Both the position numbers and the translations under genes were made by a program. The notes under the pieces are model-generated. The model was not told where the DNA came from, searched no databases, and saw only the letters and a program-made list of their open reading frames with translations. Below are positions 15,873 through 27,600 of a DNA stretch of 64,000 nucleotides, piece by piece. Position 1 is the stretch's first letter. The number at the start of each line of letters is the position of its first letter. Origin of the DNA: Vicugna vicugna (lineage: Eukaryota); contig MU062811.1 of assembly GCA_013265495.1 (NCBI GenBank), forward strand, positions 4,125,462 through 4,189,461, in the 5' to 3' direction.

Positions 15873-17072
15873 ATGGAGCCGGCCGGGCCGTGTGGTTTCT
15901 GCCCGGTGGGGGAGACCCAGCCAGCACGCTACACCTGCCCTCGCTGTAATGTGCCCTACTGCTCGCTGCGCTGCTACCGGGCTCATGGCACCTGCGCCGA
16001 AGACTTCTACCGTGACCAGGTACTGGGAGAGCTGCGTGGCCGCAGCGCCTCGCCCAGCCGCCTGGCCAGCGCCCTACGCCGGCTGCGTCAACAACGCGAG
16101 ACCGAGGACGACCCCGAAGACGCGGGCCTCAGGCCTAGCCCGGTGCCCGGCGCCCTCTCAGGACTCTGGGAGCGGCTCGCGCCGGCCGACAAGGCGGCCT
16201 TCGAGCGGCTGCTGAGCCGAGGGGAGGCCGGACGGCTGCTGCCTCCGTGGCGGCCATGGTGGTGGCGTTGCGGGGCCCAGCCGCGGCTTCTGGAGGAGCT
16301 GGGTGATACCCCGGGCCCTGACGCTGAGGAGCTGGAGCCCGACTCCGCGAGGACGCCGCCAGACCCCGTAAAGGATGAGCCCGGGGCGGCCAAGCTGGTT
16401 CTCGGAGACGTCTTTGGGCCCATCGCCCCCGCCGTGCCCACCCGGATCCCCACGCTGGCCAGCCTGAGCGGTGGCCGGGCATCGCCGCTCGTGCGCTTCC
16501 AGCTACCCAACGTGCTGTTCGCCTATGCACACACTCTTGCCCTGTATCATGGCGGCGACGAGGCGCTGCTCTCCGACTTCTGTGCCACGCTGCTTGGCGT
16601 TTCTGGAGCCCTAGGCGCTCAGCAAGTCTTCACCTCTGTTGAGGAAGCCCTGCAGGCCGCAGTCCACGTTCTAGAAGCAGGCGAGCATCCACCTGGGCCC
16701 TTGGGCACACGGGGTGCCATGTGCGAGGCCGCCCGCATCCTACTGGGTGAGGGCCCGGCCAACCAGAAAGGCTACACGCTAGCAGCACTGGGGGACCTGG
16801 CGCGGACCCTGGGCCGGGCCCGAAAACAAGCCGTGGCCACCGAAGAGCGAGAACGCCTCTACCGGGCCCGAAAGAAGTGCCAGTTCCTGCTGGCTTGGAC
16901 CAACGAAAATGAGGTAGCCCTCACACCCCTGGCTCTAGACTGCGCCAGGGCCCACCGAGCACATACTGTGGCAGCCGAGGAAGTGGCAGCCCTCACTGGG
17001 GAGCTGGAGCAGCTTTGGGGAGGCCCCCTGCCACCTGCCCGGAGGACTCTCATTGAGGAACTCCCCGGCTGA
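15873..17072 (+). CDS. ZNHIT2: Zinc finger HIT domain protein 2, intronless, 399 aa
   Basis: Single ORF from ATG 15873 (GCCATGG context): CGFC...YTCPRCNVPYCSLRCYRAHGTC zf-HIT motif, ending LIEELPG*. AATAAA at 17091-17096. ETS sites at 15780-15786 and 15799-15807. Confidence 0.97.
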   Translation: MEPAGPCGFCPVGETQPARYTCPRCNVPYCSLRCYRAHGTCAEDFYRDQVLGELRGRSASPSRLASALRRLRQQRETEDDPEDAGLRPSPVPGALSGLWERLAPADKAAFERLLSRGEAGRLLPPWRPWWWRCGAQPRLLEELGDTPGPDAEELEPDSARTPPDPVKDEPGAAKLVLGDVFGPIAPAVPTRIPTLASLSGGRASPLVRFQLPNVLFAYAHTLALYHGGDEALLSDFCATLLGVSGALGAQQVFTSVEEALQAAVHVLEAGEHPPGPLGTRGAMCEAARILLGEGPANQKGYTLAALGDLARTLGRARKQAVATEERERLYRARKKCQFLLAWTNENEVALTPLALDCARAHRAHTVAAEEVAALTGELEQLWGGPLPPARRTLIEELPG

Positions 17073-17489
17073 ATTGGAGACCTTGTCAGTAATAAAGGTG
17101 TGACTGGTCTGTCCTGTCGCCAGTGCCCGTTTCTGAATGACAGCTGGTCCACCCACCCCTAGACTCTTCGTGGGTCCTCAAAGCAAACCACCTCTCAGCT
17201 TCTACCTGATCGGGGCTGACAGCCTGGCCCCAGAAAGGGAGAGAAGCAACCCCAAGGGTTCCAGACATTTATCCAAAGAGAAAGAGCAGCCCCTCCACTC
17301 CATTTTGAGGCACAGGCTTCATTTTCCCCTTGTTCCAACCACTGCCTGAGGCTGCTCATCCCTGCCTGTTGGAGCTCGGGGCAGGATAGGGTATAGGCCC
17401 TTGAGCCCCGGGTGTGTCCAGGCTCTTGATGCTGGGTGTGCTGGCCGACTGGTGGGTGCGTGCCCCAACCTGGGCTTCATGGAGCAGCT

Positions 17490-20400
17490 TCAGTAGATGT
17501 AGGGCATAATTCGGTAAGGCACACGCCGGCAATATTCGTGCCAGGCCAGGCCGTACTTCTGCAGACACTGCTGTTCATCTCGGGCCTCACGGTGCACCAG
17601 CAGCGCAGTGAAGTAGAGGAGGTAGAAGTAGGGCAACAAGTGGGACACCCCTGTGGAGAAAGGGGTTTCCAATCACTCAGCCAGCCCCCCTGTTCACAAG
17701 GGTTTCCACAGCTAATGGCTCACAGGGGCATCAGGGCTCAATGGTGAAAGGTCTAAGGTCTACAGGGGGTGCTGGCAATGAGGTCTGTCCCAGCCACACC
17801 GTAACTCCATCCCTAGCTCCCTGACTACTCTCTCCACTGGGATGCCTCCCTGTTATCCATTCCATACCCAGACTGGGCATCCTGTGCTCGCCACTCAGCT
17901 GCTGCCCCTTGTAGCTCCTGCCCTGTGCCCACCCAGGCCACTCACCGCAGGGCAAGGACCAGGCCAGAGCCATGATGAGGTCTCCAAGGTAGTTGGGATG
18001 ACGGACCATACCCCACCACCCGGACACCAGCAGCTGTCGCCCTGTGGCTGTAGAGATGGTCTCAAGGTCTAGGGAAAGAGAGATAGTGGGATGGGGGACC
18101 CCCCCCAGAAGTCAGCTGCCCCATCTCACAGCACCCGGAAAGCCAGCTCACCAGCCACTCTGGGATCAGAAGGATTCTTTCGGAAGGTGTTTTTCTGGGA
18201 ATTGGCTCCACGGAATATGTAGTAACCAACAGCTGGGGGAAAGTGTGAGCAGGTGGTTAGGGACCTTCTATCTGACCCTGACCATCTACCCACAGCCCGG
18301 ACTCAGTCGGCCTGGGGACCCAGGACCCAGCCCCTGGCTTTGAAGAAACATCTGAGGCTTAGCATCTACCCAGTGGATGCTGAACATTGAGTGAATGAAC
18401 CCCATCCTGACTGACCATTGATGAGGCAGATGACTGAGGCCATGGGCAACCCGAGCGGCTGTGGGTGGTACAGCAGGAACTGGGCCTGCAGGCTGTAGGT
18501 GAAGGGTACCCAGGCCAGGTCCCCAAAGGCCAGCATGAAGCCAAACCCGTCGTGTATGATGTCCATGGTGGTGAGGACAGCCTCCTGCAGGGACAGGACC
18601 CAGACACACTGGCTTAGTCTCCACGAGATCCTCAGGCACCCACCCCTGCCTCCTCTGCCCAGTCCAGCCTCACCTCATGCCAAAGGGCATCACCCACATA
18701 TAGTAGCTGGAAGCCATTGACCAGCCACATGGCCAGCGAAGGACTCCCCCGAAGTTCCACTTCCTGCATCATCAAGGCCAAGTTGATGAGGACCTGGGGG
18801 TTAGGTGGAGGGTGAGACAGAGCAGTCTATCCCCAGCCTGTCTCCACAGTGGTGGAAGCACCTGGATGGGGCAGCGGCCAGCCTCTGCCCCTTCTCTCAG
18901 CTGTCCATCACTAGCTCTCCAACCCTTTGTTGAGTGGCTCAATGGATCGCCTCCTGAGGCGCTCCCCGCCTGTCCTCTCTTGCCTTGTCCTGTAGTGTTC
19001 CCTTTGGGAGAGCAACACAGGGAGCAGCTGGATGCTTTCAGGCTTGAGAGTTAAAACCTGGTTTTGAATCTCAGCTTCGCCACCAGGGCAAGTTGCTTAT
19101 CCTCTAAAGCCTACTCTCCCCACCTCCATGTGGAAAATGGACATAATCATGGACCTGCCTCATGGGGCTTAGGACTCACGGACAGTGTGTGTGAAGCACT
19201 AAGCACATGTTTGGCACATAGTAAGTGCTCGATCACGATGAGCTGGCAGCCAGCCTGTGCTGAGCACCCCCATTCTGCCAGCAATGGGCTCAGTGCTGTC
19301 ATTAAGGTTATCACTTCTGATCCTCACAATAACCTGGGGAGGAAGCTCTTACTTTAGCCCATGTCATACATGAGGAAATAGCCTCAAAGACCAGGATTCA
19401 GATCCATGATGGGCACTCAGCTCTCCTGACTCTGGATGAGGTCATTTCCAGGGTTTGTTTGTTTCCCAGTACCTAGAGTAAAGCTTAGGGCACATGGGGG
19501 ACTCAACAAAGATTTGTGGAATGAATGATTAATGATTTACATCTGCACAATATTGGCCCTGCCCTGCCCTGCCCAGGCAGTGCTCACCCATCCCACCCCT
19601 CCTCCTGGCTAGAGGCCCATTTAGCTGTGCTCAGCATACCCAGCCGATGAGGCCGGGCCGCAGTTCGCAGAAGTATTTGAAGTCAAAGGAACAGATGCGT
19701 GGGTTGAGCTCCCGTCCCAGGAAAAAGTCGTAGATGGGATTTCCTGGAGAATAATGGAGGGTGAAGGTGAAAGCAAACAGCCCCATCTGCTTCTATGCAC
19801 ACCGTACTGGGACTCCTCTCACCTGAGTTTCCCCCTGGTGCCAGGGCAAAAGCAGGGACTACCAGAGACTTCAGATAGAGAAGGAGGCTGAAGATGAAGG
19901 CGATGAGGGTGGCCGCAAATGCCAAGGGCAGGAGCATTTCTGAGAGCGCTCCCAGGGGCAGCCCAGCTGACATCCCCAGGCCGAGCAACAAGGCTGTCAG
20001 CACCAAGGCCTGGAAACCTGAACCGCAGCACACAGTGAGTACTGGAAATTACGCCCCTCCACCCCAGGGAGGTCGCAGACTTTGCCCAAGCCATTAGGCT
20101 GTCACTCTGGCTTTCAGAGGGTCACCCCAGCCACTTCTCCGGTGCAGAGTAGCAGCAAATGCTGTAGGAGGGGAGGAGGGACGCGGGGTGTGGAGCCAGC
20201 GGAATCCCCTATGTCTGTCCTGGGCGGAAAAGAGGCGCAAAATAGAGCTTGGGGTCTCCGTGGACCCCCCCCATCAGGCCCGGGGCTCCACCCCCATCCA
20301 CCCAACTCCAGCGCAAGGAACCAGTCCCCAGGCACCGTTAATGGGGTAGCGCAGTCGACTCTTGTCCTTCAATTCTTGCCCCTCGGCCACCTGTGGGCAC

Positions 20401-21205
20401 AAGGGGGCTCTGATAAGGGTTGAGGGTACCTTCAGGCTCGCGGAACACCCTCCCTCCGCCCGCCTCCACCCGCCTCCCCCAGTCTCCACCCGCCTCCCCC
20501 AGCCTCCCCCAGCCTCCCCCGCGCGTCAGCACACCTTGCGCGCCGGCAAAAGGTAGAGCGCCGCCTGCAGGCCGAGCCAGGTAAGACACAGCAACAGCGC
20601 CCACGGGCTCCACAGCGCCTCGAGTCCCGGCAGGTAGGGGGGTGGGCCCAGGAGGCGCGCCGAGCCCGAGCGGGCTACCAGTAGCAGGTGGAACATGGTG
20701 GCAGGGAGCAGCAGCATCAGAGCCGCAGCGCCTGGGGAAGGGGACCGATCGCGTGGGACGTCCGCTCTCCAAATCTCCCGGACCCCCACAGACGCCCGGT
20801 AATATACAGGGCCCCATCACCGTCTTCCATATCCCGTTCTCAGCCTTCAGCCCCCTTCTCTGATTTCTGTCTTGGTCACCGCCCCCAGGTACTCTCGAAG
20901 ACTCTGCTCCTGCTCCCCTTAGTCCGCCCAGTCTTCCAATCCACAAATCCCCTGCTCTGAATCCCCCGAAACTGGTTCCTCCTCAGCCCCTTCTCCAGAC
21001 TCTCCTCCCCAAACCCTTAAATCCCTCTGCCTCTGGATACCTCTCAAAGCCTTTCATCCTCAGATCCTGCTCCCATCCTCACTCGTAGCTCACCCCTCCA
21101 GTTCTCCCTCGCTAAGCCTCTGGCCGTAAGTCCCCCTTTCTCTGCCCCATTACCCAGGGGTCCTCCGAATTCCATCGGGGCCCGGGAGCCCTGAAGAGGT
21201 GCCAT
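17490..21205 (-). CDS. TM7SF2: Delta(14)-sterol reductase (DHCR14), 418 aa
   Basis: Ten exons sum to 1257 nt: 21205-21154, 20731-20535, 20390-20336, 20017-19823, 19743-19640, 18793-18674, 18584-18416, 18232-18152, 18068-17946, 17650-17490. ERG4/ERG24 motifs [30 protein letters not shown]; ends YRIMPYIY*. Confidence 0.98.
18990..19420. mobile_element. MIR fragments in TM7SF2 intron 5 (other MIR-like pieces at about 1860-1960, 3830-3990, 14330-14480, 47420-47510, 55130-55260, 58840-59050)
   Basis: MIR core-like strings such as GGGCAAGTTGCTTA.CCTCT..AGCCT...TGTGGAAAATGG. Boundaries approximate. Confidence 0.6.
20461..20520. repeat. 10-bp tandem repeat x6, consensus (C/A)GCCTCC(A/C)CC, in TM7SF2 intron 2
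   Basis: Units read directly: cgcctccacc cgcctccccc agtctccacc cgcctccccc agcctccccc agcctccccc. Confidence 0.85.
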
Positions 21206-21662
21206 TGTCTTCGCTCCGCCGTGGAGAGGGTGAGGGATCACAAAAATCCGTCAAGGAAACACAGCCCACCCCATTTCCCCAGGAGATTGGCTCGGTAACA
21301 CGGAGGATCCTGCCCTGCTGGGCTTGCACCTGTCTCGGCACCGAGCTCATACAGCGACCGCTTTTGTCCCCAGGTCTTTAAATGGACCCGCCCCCAGCCC
21401 ATTCTGGGCCCAGCAGGTCAGCCAATCGGCTCTCGGGGAGAGACCAACGCGAGGGCCAGCCGCCTGGGTAGTTTCTGCAGTCTCAGGCTCACAGCTCCAC
21501 CCCACGGCCGCAAGTCCCGCCTTACAAGCGACAGGGAGCAGGAGACAACACGTCTTTATTAGGCAAGTCTGGAGGCCAGAAAGGAAGGGCCCCCGGGGAG
21601 GGAGACCACGGGTCCGGAGGGTTGGGGCGACGGGGCCAGCCCGTGTATGGCTGGGACTGGGC

Positions 21663-24600
21663 CTAGCCTCGCTCACAGATGACCTCGACGACACTGGGTT
21701 CCATGGGCACTGGGTCCGGGCAGCGAAGGGCAGCTGAGGCCACCACTTCATCCAACAGCAGGTGCACAAGCTCTTCATCAGCCACGAAGCGCCACAGGTA
21801 GAGCTGTAGGAAGTGACAGTCCACCTGTACCTGCTGCAGGCCGAAGCGCCCAAAGGTGCGCAGCCGCACACACTCCAGCAGCGTCTTCAGGCTGATTTTG
21901 ATGATGCCTGTCAGTACTGACACCTGCAGGCAGGGAAACAGTGATGCAGATCCCCAACAGCAGGTGTTGGGGAGGGGTACTGGACCCCTGAGAAAGGGAA
22001 CCCACGTTCTGGGCCAGGGCCAGGGAGACAATAAGATGCCAGTAGCTGTGATGGGGTAGAAAATCTCAGGACCCAAGTTAAGAGGGAGAAAATATACAAT
22101 GTTGGCACCATCATCTAGAGGGGAGCAGACAGGGAGCACCGAGCAGACAGAGAGGGCCTAGCAATCAGAGGCAGAGATGGGGGTCAGCACTGACATGGGG
22201 AGGGGGAAGGTTTACTAACTTAGCACCAAATCCCTGAGTATGGACTGGGTGGGGGCAGAGAGCACACTGTGAATAGAAATCCCTAGGGAAGACCAGAACT
22301 ATGGTGGGGACAAGGACAACGGCCAAACAGGCATACTTGATTGTCACCCAGGTTGGGAGCACACCAAGGTTAGGGAAGAGGGTTATGAGATGGTGATGGT
22401 GGGTCTCTGGATGTCCACTCACTCCTACAAACAGCCCTCAGAAACAGAGACTGGGGGACAGAGACCTAGGGCTCCCTAGGCCAATGTGGGACTGCTTCAG
22501 CCAAACTTCCCAAGGGGACCTGGGAAGGTAGGGTCACCAGGGACTTCGGACCTTATTGAATTCCACAGGGCTGAACACATCAATACGTTCAGAGAACAGC
22601 TTCTGGATGTTGCTCAAGAGGTTGGTGTCCATTGGGGCACTGGATGGGGGGAGACAAGCAATCAGAGCCCACCCTGTATGCCCATCCTCCTTTGTCCATC
22701 CCACATGGGGCTACCCTGACCAGCCAGACCTGGGTGTATAGCTGGGGGCATAGCGGCCCTGCTGCCGAGAGCTGCTGTAAACGGAGAAGGTCCTCTTGCT
22801 AGAGTCGCTGCTCTGAGCCTTCCGAACACCCTCCTCATATAGGAGCCCTACCTGGTGGTGGAAGGAGGAGCTGCAATGAAGCCAGGGCATGGGGAACATC
22901 CAGCCCACCAGGCACCCTAGGGAAGGACCACGGATGCCTTAAGTTACACACTCACTTGTTACAAGAATTACATCTGTTATAAGAGCCACAGGGTAGTTCG
23001 GGCCTATACCCAGTCAGTACCCAGTCACTATTCGCAGAACCAGTGGAGCAGGGCAAAGGTGGGCCATAAGAGTTGATACTGAGGCCCAATCTTTAGTGCC
23101 AACCCTGCCCTGATTTCCTGGGTGACTCTGGGCCTCAGCTTCCTCCTAGGTGGAATGGGGGTGACAATGCCACAATTCACGGCTGAGGACGAAGAGGGCA
23201 CTGCCTGGCCGCTGCTGTCTTGATCCTCAGAGGGTTGTTCCTCAGCACCCCACCTGCATCAGGGCTCCCCCGGCCAGCCCAGAGCAGCACCTGCACGTCA
23301 ATAGCTGTCGTGTCCTCCACCACCCGCTTCATGACAGCACGCACGTTCCGAGGCTCCAGGGTACTGAGCCAGTCCCGCGTCTCCACACTCTTGCGCAGCA
23401 TCTGTGATATAACCAGGCCCTGCACCTTTACGTAGTGGGTCAGCAGCCGCCGCGCCGTCTCCCTGGCCTCCGCACACAGTGTGCTCACAGGCGTCACTGG
23501 AGACTGGTCCTGAGCCAGGGATGCAGAGGACAGACAAGTAGTGGGTACTGGGGGAGGCTGAGCTGGGCACAGGCAGCCCTGACCATAAGGGTACTGCCCA
23601 GCCTCCTGCAGTCCTAGCATCAGCATCCCCTACCCTGCTATGAGTTAGCAGTTCACCTGCACCAGAAACTGTTCATCGGTGAGGGTGAGGATGTAGGAGA
23701 TGGTGGCTGTCTCGTAGTCCAGGCAGAGGCGGGAGAGCAGCAGGAGCAGGGCAGGTGGCGTGGCACCCCCCTTCTCCCCAGGGCTGTCACAGAAGCTCTG
23801 AGCTGTCTGGCACATGGAGCGGATGAAGCCCACGATGAGGCCCTCCCGGACACCCTGGCTGCAGAACTCACCCTGTGAGGAGGAGGGGCCCAGATACACA
23901 GCAGGTCCCGTTTTCCAGGCAGGGGCTGCTAGTGACCCTCTACTGGGACACTAAATGCCCTGGCTCCTCTCCAAGGGACAGCTTCACCCTGCATTCCAGT
24001 ACCCCAGATCAGCTCCCCTGCATGGGGAGGGAATGCAAGGGGGCAAAGCCAGCACTGTGGGACCTTGCTTGCAGATGCCCTCATCCAAGCCTTCCCCACC
24101 CCTCCAGGCTGTGCCAGCCTTCCTCAAGACAAACTAAAACCACTTTCAGAGTGCCTGGGGCAACGACTGTGTGCCCTGGTAGCTGCCAGCCTGCATGCAG
24201 GATGAACAAAAGAATGCCCAGAAAAAGAAAAAGGAAAAAAAAAAGAATGCCCAGGGAAAGGCCGTACCCGGAAGTAGGGCTTGTTGGAGAAAGACACCTC
24301 CTTGGCAGTGAAGAGGTGCACAGAGGCCAGCGAGGCCTTAATGTGGCTCAGGATGGAGCTGGCCACGTTGGCCAGCAACTCAGCCAGGCCGGGGCCTTCC
24401 TTCCCAGCCATTCGAGGCGCGGCCAGCGCCTGCCGCACATCAGTCAGGCAGCCCAGGAAGGCTGCCTGCAGGCCCTGCAGGTGGTGGCCCAGGCGTTCGC
24501 GGGCCACTCGCTCCACGATCTCTGTGGCGGCCTCCGCCAGCCCGGCAGCGGCCAGCAGGGCCCCAGGTGCCCGCAGGCGCCGGTGGAAGCGGTCCAGCGC

Positions 24601-27600
24601 CCGCACCAGCAGGGAGTTGTCACCGCCACCTTGCTCCTGCGCCAGCCGCCGCTCCACCAGCGCAAAGTAGCGGCTACCCAGCTCCCGGGCAAAGGCTGCC
24701 AGTTTCTCGGCACCTGCTGGGCCCTGGGCCGCAAACAGCTCCTGGTAGGCTGCCGCCACCTGACAGAGGCCACTGACGAAGCCGCTGCCGCCATGGTCAG
24801 TGAACTCTAATACGTCCGGGGCCGGAGGGGAGGGTCCCAGCTCCGCCTCCAGGCTTCTCAGCTCCTCCTCCAGCCGCCCTCGCGCGTGCGCCAGGAACTC
24901 CTCGCACAGCTCCTCCGCAGGCTCTCCCAGGGCCAGCAGCAGCTCCACGCACTCTGCTTGCTCTGGGGCCCCCGAGCCGCCCTCCCTGCGGGGAGGGAGA
25001 TGCAGGTGAAGAGCAGGAAGATAGAATTCGGGGGGATGGGAGCAGACCCAAGTGCCCAGCGAGGTTGGCAATGAGAGCCCTGGGCCCACACCTGAAGCGC
25101 TGCCGTAGTTGCTGAGCTAGGCGAGCCGTGATGACCTGGCAGTCGTCCTGGATGGCGCGGAAAGACGGCAGGTGCTGGTACTGCTGCAGCACGGCCCGCG
25201 CGCGGCCCTGGTAGCGCACCGCCTGCCCGTAGGCGCCCAGCTCCACGCACTTGGTGAGGCGTGAGGGCAGCTCGAAGAGGAACTGCAGCTTCCGTAACAG
25301 CGCGTGGACCCCTGGGGGGACAGGGGGAGATGGTGTTAGCCCCAAAGCCCCGAGGGTGGCCCACTTTAGCCCCAGCTCTGGGGCGCGGCCCACCTGCCAG
25401 CTTGGTGATGCGCTCGTGACGGTCCTGAAGCGTGGCACTGATGCGCGCGCTGAATTCTGTGATCACTGCCATGTTGGTGGCCAGCCGGTCCATCTCGTCC
25501 TCCATCTTCCGGAAATCGTTCTTCATCTTCCGAATGGTGTCTACAAGTGCAGGAGCGCAGGAGAGGGAAAAGCGGTTGAGGAGGGGCCCAGGCAGAACAC
25601 TCAGCTTGAGACCACGGCCAAATGCCCTCACACACCCTCACCCCACTTCCCAAGCGCGCCTGAGCCCATTCTAGGGTCACACTGCTGATTCGGTGCTTGA
25701 AAAGGGTTGCAGTGGTGCCTGGTCACTGGAAATGGGGGTGAGGTGTCATCATGTCAGTGCGGCAGATGTTTTCTGAGCACCCCTTGTGTGCTCCTAGTCC
25801 TGGTGCAGTGGGGAGATGGCCCATGATGCTACAGCCCTTGCTCCCAGAAGACGCCCAGATCCAAAGGAGGGCACAGGGCACTTGGCAGGGACCTGTCTGC
25901 TCCTTCCCAGGGGCATCTTCCAGGCCTAGCACCCTGCCTGGCACCGGGAGACAATAAATACTTGTACACCCTTATCTCCTTCCCAGACCTCCCAAACCCT
26001 CTCACTCTGCCTTGTGGAACAAGGGTTTGGGGTTTGTTGTGCTTTTGGATGTGTATATTAATGCTTTTCATCAAATTTGGGCAGGTTTTGCCCATTATTT
26101 TTTCATGTATTATTTCTGCTTTCTCCACTCACTCTGGCATCCCCATTATGCAGGTGTGGGCACACTTGATGGTGTACCCCAGGTCCCTAAGGCTCTCTTC
26201 ACTTTTCTTCATGCTTTCTTTCTGTTCCTCACACTGAATAATTTCATCTAACCTATGTTCAAGTCTGCTTATTCTTTCTCTGCTTGTTCAAATCTGTAAA
26301 AGAGCCCCTCCAGCGATCTTTCATTTTAGTTGTTGGACCTTATCATTTCTATTTGGTTCTTTTGTTAAATAATTTCTTCTCTTTGATATTCTGTATCTGG
26401 TGAAACAATCTCATTCCTTTCTTTAGTTTAGATACAGTTTACTTTAGGTCTCTGAACATATTCAAAATAGCAGATTTAAATCTCTGTAATAAATCCAATG
26501 TCTGGGCTTCTACAGAGTTTCTACTGAGTTTTTTCCCCTGTATGGGTCGGATTCCTGCTTTATTTGCATGTCCTATAAATTTTTGTTGAAAAAACATATA
26601 AATAACATGGCAAGTCTAGAAATCAGATTCTCTTCTCCTGTTTATTGTTGTTGCTGCTTGTTGCTGTTGTTTATTTTTCTGAGTTACTAAACCTGTACTA
26701 ATTAGCTTCTGAATCAATTCTGTAAAGTCTGAATTCTTTGTTGTGTATAGCCACTAAAATACTTACTTGGTTAGCTTAGTGATCAGCTACTGATTGGACA
26801 GGAATTTCTTTAAATACCTGGAAACAATAAATCTCCTAGTATTTATTGAGGAGCTCTGTGTGTGTGTGTGTTGGGGCATACCTTAAACACTTAACCAGGA
26901 GGTTTATAACTCTGCCTCAGCTTTCACTTCCTGCTCGCACTAAGCCTGAAGGTGAGCCAGAGGTGAGAGCTTAGGGCATTCTCAGGTCCTTAAAAGCATG
27001 TGTACTACCCTACATATGTTGGCCCTTCAAAATTACTAATATGTCAGAGCTTGTCAAAGCCCCTAGAGACATCTCATTCCTCAGCTTTTCCTTTTAAGCT
27101 TTTGGGTTAGTACTATTATTTGCCCCATGTGTTATTCATCACTTCAGGGAGACACCACTTTTGCCTATAATTGTTTTTGACAAACAACTCTGGTGAGAGG
27201 CTTTTAACACTGGGTGACCTCCAGGTCAAGACAAACCTACCGGGTGGAGTGTGTTAGGAAACCACCAGACAGGTTAAATAATGATAATTCTTTGGGCATG
27301 AGGCATTGAAACAGCTCCAGCTTTGTTCCACTCCTTCTAGTACTAGGAATATGGGCTATTTTTCAAGGTTACTGCAGAGATGGAGAGGAAATGGTGGGGC
27401 CAGGGCAAGTTAAAACGTCTCAGGATTGCTACTTTTACCAAGATTCAGCTGTTTTTGTCAAATAAATGCTCCTCTGATTGCTGCACATCTTTGGCTAATT
27501 TTCATAGTTCTGAGAAAGTTAATTCTAACTATTTTGGCCAGTTTTGGGGTTGCTTTCATGGAGGGGATATTTTCAAATGCACCTCCTCCACTATTTTTGC

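Noticed and set aside
23875-24810. 311-aa plus-strand ORF
   Set aside because: Antisense shadow of the GC-rich VPS51 exon 5.
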